64,000 bases of DNA from Centroscyllium fabricii (taxonomy: Eukaryota), in contig JBNRSN020000018.1 of assembly GCA_051313645.2 (NCBI GenBank), positions 16,058,001 through 16,122,000 of the forward strand, written 5' to 3'. The translations under genes and the position numbers were made by a program. The stretch's first letter is position 1. Each line of letters starts with the position of its first letter. Below are positions 55,201 to 64,000 of this stretch, piece by piece. The notes beneath the pieces are model-generated. The model saw only the letters and a program-made list of their open reading frames with translations, searched no databases and was not told where the DNA came from.

Positions 55201-57114
55201 GCATAATGATTGTGTGTAATGACTGTGAGTAATGATTGTGTTTAGTGACTGTGTAATGAGTGTGTGTAATGACTATGTGTAATGAATGTGTGTAATGAGT
55301 GTGTGTAACGACTGCGTGTAATGACTGTGCATAACGATTGTGCATAATGACTGTGTGTAATGACTGTGAGTAATGAATGTGTGTAATAAGTGTGTGTAAT
55401 GATTGTGAGTGATGACTGTGTGTAATGACTGTGCATAATGACTGTGTGTAATGACTGTGAGTAACGACTGTGAGTAATGACTGTGAGTAATGACTGTGAG
55501 TAATGATTGTGCATACCGACTGTGAGTAATGACTGTGAGTAATGACTGTGCGTAATAACTGTGCATAACAACTGCGCAAAATGAGTGTGCATAATGATTG
55601 TGTGTAATGACTGTGCATATTGACTGTGAGTAACAACTGTGCGACACGACTATGTGTAATGAATGTGCATAATGACTGGAGAAATAACTGTGTTTAGCGA
55701 CTGTGTGTAACGACTGTGTGTAATAACTGTTTGTAATGACTGCGTAATGACTGTGTGTACTAACTGTGTGTAATGACAGTATGTACTGACTGTGTGTAAT
55801 GAGTGTGTTTAATGACTGTGAGTAATAACTGTGTTTAGTGACTGTGTAATGTGTGTGTAATGACTGTGTGTAACAAATGTGTGTAATGAGTGTGTGCAAT
55901 GACTGTGTTATGACTGTGCGTAATGACTGTGAGTCACAAATGTGTGTAATACATGTGTGTAATGATTGTGAGTAATGACTGTGTGTAATGACTGTGAGCA
56001 ACAACTGTGAGTAATGAATGTGAGAAACTACTTTGTGTAACGGTCATGTGCAATGACTGTGCATAACGACTGTGCATAACAACTGTGTGTAATGATTGTG
56101 TGTAATGATTGTGCTTAATGATTGTGCATAATGACTGTGCATAACGACTGTGCATAATGATAGTACGTAACAGCTGTGAGTAACGAGTGTGCGGAATGAC
56201 TATGCATAACAATTGTGTGGAACGATTGTGTGTAATGCCTGTGCATAATTACTGTGTTTAATGACTGTGCATAATGACTGTGTGTAATGACTGTGAGTAA
56301 TGACTGTGTGTAATGACTGTAAGTAATGGCTGTGCATAACAAATGTAAGTAACGACTGTGCGTAACAACTGTGTAATGACTGTGCGTAACAACTGTGTGT
56401 AAAGACTGTGCATAACGAATGTGTGTAATGACTGTGAGTAACGAATGTGTGTAATAAGTGTGTGTAACAATTGTGAGTAATAACTGTGCATAATGACTGT
56501 GAGTAATGACTGTGTGTAATGACCTGTGAGTAACGACTGAGTAATGACTGTGAGTAGCGACTGTGAGTAACGACTGTGTGTAATAACTGTGGGTAATGCC
56601 TGTGAGTAATGACTGTGTGTACCAACTCTGCAAAACAACTGTGCATAATGAGTGCGTGTAATGATTGTGTGTAATGACTGTGCGTAACGACTGTGAGTAA
56701 CGATTGTGTGTAACGACTTTGTGTAATGACTGTGCATGATGACTGTGCATAACAACTGTGAATAACGATTGTGTGTAATGAGTGTATGTATTAACTGTGA
56801 GTAACAACTGTGCGACACGACTATGTGTAATGACTGGATTAACGACTGTGTTTAACGACTGTGTGTAATGACTGTGTGTAATAACTGCATGTAATGACTG
56901 CATAATGACTGTGTGTAATAACTGTGTGCAATGACTGTGTGTAATGAATGTGCATTAAATTGTGTGTAATGACTGTGAGTAATGACTGTGTTTAGTGACT
57001 GTGTAATGAGTGTGTGTAATGAGTGTGTGTAACCACTGCGTGTAATGACTATGCGTAACGACTGTGCATAATGACTGTGTGTAATGACTGTGAGTGACAA
57101 ATGTGTGTAATAAG

Positions 57115-57321
57115 TGTGGTAATATTGAATAGACTTCCGGGGAAGGCTAAGGGGTGAACTCTGTATATGTCACTTCCTGTTTTCTATTAGTATAAATACT
57201 GGAACTGCTCAGTATGGGGGAACGCTTCACCTGGAAGCATGGTAAAACCTGTCTTTGTACATAGTGATAATGTAGTGGATTGCTTTAAGTTGTTGATGTA
57301 TCAGACTCCATTATTACATCA
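57115..57321 (+). mobile_element. 207-bp solo-LTR-like insert, copy 10
   Basis: Same sequence and flanks as copy 1; the downstream satellite diverges from the HOR shortly after it. Confidence 0.8.
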
Positions 57322-60300
57322 ATAAGTGTGTGTAATGATTGTGACTAATGACTGTGTGTAATGACTGTGCGTAATGACTGTGTGTAATGACTGTGAGTAA
57401 TGACTGTGAGTGATGATTGTGCATAATAACTGTGCATAACAACTGTGCAAAATGAGTGTGCATAACAATTTTGTGTAACGACTGTGTGTAATGACTGTGA
57501 GTAACGATTGTGTGTAACAACTGTGAGTAATGATTGTGTGTACTGACTGTGAGTAATGACTGTGAATAATGACTGTGCATAATAACTGTGCATAACAACT
57601 GCGCAAAATGAGTGTGCATAACAAATGTGTGTAACGACTGTGTGTAATGACTGTGAGTAACGATTGTGTGTAATGACTTTGTGTAATGACTGTGCATGAT
57701 GACTGTGCATAACGACTGTGAATAACGATTGTGTGTAATGACTGTGAATATTGACTGTGAGTAACAACTGTGCGACACGACTATGTGTAATGACTGTGCA
57801 TAATGACTGGAGAAACAACTGTGTTTATCGACTGTGTGTAACGATTGTATGTAATAACTGTGTGTAATGACTGCATAATGACTGTGTGTAATAACTGTGT
57901 TTAATGACTGTATGTACTGACTGTGTGTAATGAGTGTGTGTAACGACTGTGAGTAATGACTGTATTTAGTGTCTGTGTAATGAGTGTGTGTAATGACTGT
58001 GTAACAAATGTGTTTAATGAGTGTGTGTAACAACTGTGTAATGACTGTGCATAACAACTGTGCAGAATGACTGTGTGTAATGACTGTGAGTAATAAATGT
58101 GTGCAATAAGTGAGTGTAATGATTGTGCGTAATGGCTGTGCATAACGACTGTGAGTAACGACTGTGAGTGATGACTGTGAGTAATGACTGTGGGTAACGA
58201 CTGTGAGTAATGATTGTACGTATCAACTGTGAGTAATGACTGTGCAGTAATGACTGTGCATAATAACTGTGGGTAATGCCTGTGAGTAACGACTGTGTGT
58301 ACCAACTGTGCATAACAACTGTGCACAATGAGTGAGCATAACGATTGTGTGTAATGACCGTGTGTAACGACTGTGAGTAATGATTGTGTGTAACGACTTT
58401 GTGTAGTGACTGTGCATAATGACTGTGAATAACAATTGTGTGTAATGACTCTGCGTATTGACTGTGAGTAACAACTGTGTGACACGGCTATGTGTAATGA
58501 CTGTGCATAATGACTGGAGTAACAACTGTGTTTAATGACTGTGTGTAATGACTGTGTGTAATAACTGTGTGTATTGACTGCATAATGACTGTGTGTAATA
58601 ACTGTGTGCAATGACTGTGTGTAATGACTGTGCATAATGACTGAATAACGATTGTGTGTATCGACTGTGCGTAATGGCTGTGAGTAATGATTGTGTGTAA
58701 CAACATTGTGTAATGACTGTGCATGATGACTGTGCATAACGACTGTGAATAACGATTGTGTGTAATGACTGTGTGTAATTACCATGCATAATGACTGAGT
58801 AACGATTGTGTGTAATGACTGTGCATAACAACTGTGTGTAATGACTGTGAGTAATGATTGCGTGTAACGAATGTGCATGATGGCTGTGAGCAATGACTGT
58901 GAGTAATGATTGTGTGTAATGACTGTGTGTATTGACTGTGAGTAATGACTGTGCATAACGACTGTGTAATGACTGTGGGTAATGACTGTGTAATGACTAT
59001 GTGTAATGACTGTGAGTAATGACTGTGATTAATGACTGCGTAACAAATGTGTATAATGAATGTGAGTAATGACGGTGAGTAATGATGGTGTGTAATGACT
59101 GTGAGTAATGACTGTGAGTAATGATTGTGTGTAATGATTGTGTGTAATGACTGAGTAATGACTGTGTATAATGACTGTGGGTAATGACTGTGAGTAATGA
59201 CTGTGCATAATGACTGTGTGCATTGACTGTGAGTAACAATTGTGTGTAGTGACTGTGCGTAATGACTGTGTGCAATGACAGTGACCAACGACTGTGTAAT
59301 GACTGTGGGTAACTACTGTGTGTAATGACAGTGAGTAATGCCTGTGTGTAATGATTGTACATAATGTCTGTGAGTAATGACTGTGTGTAATGACTGTGTG
59401 TAACGACTGTGCATAATGGCTGTGAGTAACAACTGTGCATAATGACTGTGTGTAACGAATGTGTGTAATGATTTTGTGTAATGATCGTGTGTAATGACTG
59501 TGAGTAACAATTGAGTGTAATGCCCGTGAGTATTGACTGGGAGTAATGAATGTGCGTAATTGCTGTGTGTAACAACTGTGCATAATGATTGCGTGTAACA
59601 ACTGTGTGTAACGACTGTGCATAACGACTGTGTGTAATGACTGTGCTTAACAACTGTGTGTAATGGCTGTGCATAAAGACTGTGAGTAATGACTGTATGT
59701 AACAACTGTAAGTAATGACTCTGTGTAACGACTATGTCTAACGACTGTGTGTAATGACTGTGTGTAATGACTGTGTGTAACAACTGTGCATAATGACTGA
59801 GTAATGACTGTGTGTAACAACTGTGTGTAACGACTGTGCATAATGGCTGTGTGTAACGACTGTGCGTAACAACTGTGCATAATGAATGTGCATAACAATT
59901 GTGTATAATGACTGTGCATAATGACTGTGTGAAACAACTGTGCATAATAACTGTGAGTAATGACTGTGTGTAACAACTGTGAGTAATGACTCTGTGTAAC
60001 AACTATGTGTAACAACTGTGAGTAATGACTGTGTAATGACTATGTGTAACGACTGTGTGTAATGACTGTGTGTAACGACTGTGTGTAATGACTGTGCGTA
60101 ATGACTGTGAGTAATGACTGTGTGTAATGACTGTGAGTAATGACTCTGTGTAACGACTGTGTGTAATGACTGTGAGTAATGACTGTGTGTAATGACTGTG
60201 TGTAGTGAATGTGTGTAACGATTGTGTGTAATGACTGTGTGTAACGAATGTGAGTAATGACTGTGTAATGACTATGTGTAATGACTGTGTGTAATGACTG

Positions 60301-60886
60301 TGTGTAACGACTGTGAATAATGACTGTGTGTAATGACTGTGAGTAATAACTCTGCGTAATGACTATGTGTAACGACTGTGTGTAACGACTGTGTGTAATG
60401 ACTGTGTGTAATGACTGTGTGCGCTGAAGCAAGAACAAAAGGTTTGTAACCAGAACCAAAAGCTGACTTTGTCACTACTCAAGTGAACAACGCCTGTGTG
60501 TATTTTTAAATTCAATGGGTACAAAAAAAGTGACATTCCAAGAATCTGAGACAAAACCAGAAAATCCTATGAATGCATAGCAGGCCCATCGGCATCTGGA
60601 TACAGAAAGGTTCATATGTTGAGTTGGACCCTAAATCGGGACTCAGAACTTTCAAATTTTCAAATGCCAATTGACCTCCTCTGCAGTTGCAACATTTTCC
60701 CTTTTTTTATGTGAGTTTGATAAGCTCTTTTTCTGATGATGAGAGAAGACTTTAAACCACAACACAGGAAGAGAGAGAGGCAATGTGGGTAATGCACTTG
60801 AAAGCATTTATTAGCTGCCAATTCTCAGGTTTCATACATTTCCCTTTAAACGAATGAGACAAATGATCTTTCAATCTTCTGTAAAG

Positions 60887-60979
60887 GTATCACGTGATGA
60901 CGATTGAACACACTTTCCATAGAAAGTATTTTGCTGGCATTTCCTTTGAATATTCAATGTATGAATTGAAAGATGAAAG
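60887..60979 (+). CDS. Candidate 93-bp internal exon of an unidentified host gene (YHVMTIEHTFHRKYFAGISFEYSMYELKDE)
   Basis: Pyrimidine-rich TCTTTCAATCTTCTGTAAAG acceptor, AAG|GTAAC donor, length divisible by 3, and only one frame free of stops. No homology recognised. Confidence 0.3.
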
Positions 60980-61435
60980 GTAACAGCACTGGAAAAACCT
61001 GATCCTGTCTAACTGGCTGTTCAGCAGGTAATCATTGCACATGGACCTAAGCGTGCACACACACACACACCGACTTTATACATAACCCTGCTCAAAACAC
61101 TTCCTGTCAACGTGGAGAACAGAGCAATTTTGTTTGAGTTTGATAGAAATTCTACCAATTTCTGATCATGGGATTCTAAGCAGTGTTTAGTTCCTTTTCG
61201 TTGCTGGTCTGACCTTTCGGAAACCATTGTCCGAACAGCAACCGTCCTCCAACGCTGCTGACCACACCAATAATGACTCCCACTTCCACCCAACCACTTC
61301 CACTTCTCACTGACTATTTCCAGCTCGGCCTGATGGCTATCCTACCCACCTGATAACCTCTGCTTCTGCCTGTCATGCACCGACCGTCTGCATGCTCAGG
61401 TGTCTGTCACTTGGCAGAATTAACAAAAAGATATA

Positions 61436-61898
61436 TAGATAGAGCACCATTAATCCGGCACGGTCGGGACCAGCACCCTGCCGAATTGTTGAAAACGCCG
61501 AATAATTGAAGCTTCAGCGGCGCAAGCGCAGAGCATTCAAAATGGCCGCCGCAAAATTTTCAATGCTCTACGCATGCACTCGCTGCTCGGCGGCGCATGT
61601 GCAGATCATTCAAACTGGCCGCCATGAAGTTTTGAATGATCTGCGCATGCGCCAGTGAGCACATGCGCAGATCATTCAAAATGGCCACCGCAAAATTTTA
61701 AATGGTCTGCACATGCGCTCACCATTCGGCGGCGCATGCACAGATCATTCGCTGAAGCATCAATCGTTTGGGGAGGCCCGGGCATGCGCATCCAAGCATG
61801 GCGGCCATTTTGCGCATGCGCAGGGCAGTCAGGGAAATCGTTTCCGGACGACTGAAGCTGCCGGTTTTTCGGGTAACGGATTAACGGTGCTCTACCTG
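61436..61898. mobile_element. Non-autonomous pogo/Tigger-like (Tc1-mariner) DNA transposon, MITE, 463 bp
   Basis: 22-bp terminal inverted repeats (61436-61457 vs 61877-61898, 19/22 match, CAGGTAGAGCACCGTTAATCCG), TA on both flanks, no transposase ORF. Confidence 0.8.
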
Positions 61899-62188
61899 TA
61901 TATATACATGAAAGCAGTTTTGATGTCCAGGATCAATTTCTGCCACTCTGTCCATTGAAAATTAAATTTTCGTGAACAACTGTTTTCCTTCTTGAAATAC
62001 TCATCCGTTGAGCAGCTCACCTCTTGGCTGCTACCTGTGACTGTACGTAAAAGAATTGATGTTGTGTAATTCCCCACTAATAATGACCATCGTAGATAGA
62101 AAGAAAATCACCCTGACGTTTTTATCATCGAACTCATAAAGGAATATGGGGTAGATTAACAATCTGGCGCCTAGTAATACAACTGGCA

Positions 62189-62510
62189 TTAGAATCATAG
62201 AACAGTCCAGCACAGAAGGAGGTCATTCGGCCCATCGAGTCTGTGCCGGCTCTTTCGAAGAACGATCCAGTCAGTCCCACTCCCCCCGCTCTTTCCCCAG
62301 ATCCCTGCAATTTTTTCTCCTTCAAGTATTTAGCCAATTCCCTTTTGAAGCCACTATTGAATCTGGATCCACCGCCCTATCAGGCAACACATTCCAAATC
62401 CTCACCACTCGTTGCGTAAAAAGTTTTTCCTCGTGTCGCCTCTGGTTCTTTTGCCAATCACCTTAAATCTGTGCCCTCTCATTATCGACACTTCAGCCAC
62501 TGGGAACAGT
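62189..62510 (-). mobile_element. 5'-truncated CR1-type LINE 3' end (shark HER1-like)
   Basis: The minus strand encodes a degenerate ORF2 C-terminus (RGHRFKVIGKRTRGD...KYLKEKKLQGSGERAG) and ends in GGGCCGAATGACCTCCTTCTGTGCTG...TTCTATGATTCT, the CR1 3' tail. Confidence 0.85.
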
Positions 62511-62531
62511 TATATGTTGCAGATTGGCCAC

Positions 62532-64000
62532 ATTGTAGAAATTGTCCGTTATAGAAATCGCCCGATATAGAAACCAGCCATTATAGAAACCGCTCGCAAT
62601 AGAAACTGCCAGTTATAGAAATCGCCCTTTATAGAAATCACCCAATAGAGAAATTTCCATTATAGAAACCGTCCATTATAAAAATCGGCCATTATAAAAA
62701 TTGTCAATTATAGAAATCACCCGATATAGAAACGCCTGTTATAGAAACCGCTCGTTATACAAACCACTCAATATAGAAACCGCCCATTATAGAAATCCCC
62801 CATTATAGAAACCGCCCATTACAGAAATTGTGCATTATAGAAACCGTCGTTATAGAAACCGCCCATTATAGAAACAGCCCATTATAGACACCATGCATTA
62901 TAGAAAACACCCATTATAGAAACTGCCCGTCATAGAAACCACCTGTTATAGAAACCGCCCATTATAGAAACCGCCTGTTATAGAAACCGCCCATTATAGA
63001 AACCGCTCGTTATAGAAACCACCCATTATAGCTACCGCCCATTATAGAAACCGCCCATTATAGAAACCGCCCATTATAGAAACTGCCTGTTATAGAAACC
63101 ACCCGTCAGAGACTCGGCCCGTTATAGAAACCACCCGTTAGAGAAACCGCCCATTATAGAAACCGCCTGTTATAGAAACCGCCCATTATAGAAACCGCCT
63201 GTTATAGAAACCGCCCGTTAGAGAAACCGCCCATTATAGAAACCGCCCATTATAGAAACCGTCTGTTATAGAAACCGCCCATTATAGAAAGGCCTGTTAT
63301 AGAAAACGCCTGTTACAGAATCGCACCGTTATAGAAACTGCCCATTATAGAAAAAAACCCTTTATAGAAACTGCCCATTATAGAAACCCCCATTATTGAA
63401 ACCCCTGTTATAAAAAGCGCCCGTTATAGAAACCGCCCGTTATAGAAACCGCCCATTATAGAAACAGTCCGTTATAGAAACCACCGTTATAGAAACCCTG
63501 TGTTATTGAAACCACCCATTATAGAAATCCCTCGTTATAGAAACCGCCCGTTATAGAAACCACCCGTTATAGAAACTCCCTGTTATAGAAACCGCCCCTA
63601 ATATAAACTGCCCGTTATACATTTTTTTTAATAGAAACTGCCCATTATAGAAACCGTCCATTATAGAAACCCCCCGTTATAGAAACTGTCCATAATAGAA
63701 ACCGTCCGTTATGGAATCTGCCCATTATAGAAACCGCCCATTACTGAAACTGCCCGATATAGAAACCGACCTTTGTAGAAACCGTCTGTTACAGTAACAT
63801 CCCGTTATAGAAACTATCGGTTATAGAGCACACCCATTATTGAAACCCCCATTATACAAACCCCCCATTATTGAAACCGTCCATAATATAAACCGTCCGT
63901 TATAGAAAGCCCCCATTACAGAAACTGCCAGTTATAGAAACCATCTGTTATAGAAACCCCCCTTATAGAAACCGCCCATTATAGAATCCGCTCGTTACAG
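62532..64000. repeat. Second satellite/minisatellite, 16-bp monomer TTATAGAAACCGCCCR, continuing past the window end
   Basis: Tandem ATTATAGAAACCGCCC / GTTATAGAAACCGCCC units, most homogeneous at about 62950-63300. Confidence 0.95.

Larger units (their letters stand above)
6437..60422. repeat. Satellite array, 13-bp monomer TAATGACTGTGTG (variants ending AG/CA/CG; some 11-bp units), about 4,000 monomers, with ~5.1-kb higher-order repeats
   Basis: The tandem 13-mer is visible throughout. Landmark spacings between the unique inserts are 6596, 5123, 5071, 5123, 4906, 5123, 5071, 4968 and 5110 bp. Confidence 0.98.

Noticed and set aside
10024-57321. CRISPR-like or RT-associated repeat-spacer system
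   Set aside because: The interspersed 207-bp segments are identical rather than unique spacers, there are no cas genes, the DNA is eukaryotic, and the nearby RT is an ordinary broken Gypsy pol with no template matching the 13-mer.
6437-60422. Array of V(D)J recombination signals (minus strand CACAGTC resembles the heptamer CACAGTG)
   Set aside because: 6/7 heptamer match only; no ACAAAAACC nonamer at 12/23 spacing and no V, D or J segments.
6437-60422. Telomeric repeat array
   Set aside because: No TTAGGG tracts; the array is bounded by ordinary genomic DNA on the right.
6373-60475. Hundreds of His/Thr/Ser/Tyr-rich minus-strand ORFs up to 482 aa (HTVITHSHYTQSL)n
   Set aside because: The reverse complement of the 13-mer has no stop in any frame, so all three frames give the same peptide. 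Frame-breaking 11-bp monomers are common and no codon-level constraint is visible.
60560-60710. Possible degraded short interspersed repeat (CAGGCCCATCGGCATCTG...CATTTTCCCTTTTT)
   Set aside because: Only a vague resemblance to repeats I associate with shark genomes; boundaries and identity cannot be supported without a library search.
61892-62213. Short minus-strand ORFs and a possible 14-nt micro-exon near 62021-62034
   Set aside because: No recognisable homology; such lengths and splice-like motifs are expected by chance.

Overview
Eukaryotic repeat-dominated DNA, most likely from a cartilaginous fish (inferred from the CR1/HER1-type LINE tail and the Gypsy types). No intact cellular gene is confidently present. 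Left to right: (1) a decayed, near full-length Ty3/Gypsy retrotransposon A (Mag-like) on the minus strand (1-4493), inserted into the RNase H region of (2) a second Gypsy element B on the plus strand (4494-6436). (3) A ~54-kb satellite of a 13-bp monomer TAATGACTGTGTG (6437-60422), organised into ~5.1-kb higher-order repeats; each carries one near-identical 207-bp TG...CA solo-LTR-like insert with TATA and ETS motifs (10 copies), and there is a 20,223-bp super-duplication. (4) About 2 kb of non-satellite DNA with a candidate 93-bp host exon, a pogo/Tigger-like MITE and a CR1 3' fragment. (5) A second, 16-bp satellite running off the right edge. Most notable are the promoter-like solo LTR amplified as part of the satellite unit, and element A's non-tRNA primer-site region, which is a perfect 14-nt complement of its own LTR poly(A)-signal region. 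The many His/Thr/Ser-rich minus-strand ORFs are satellite artefacts.
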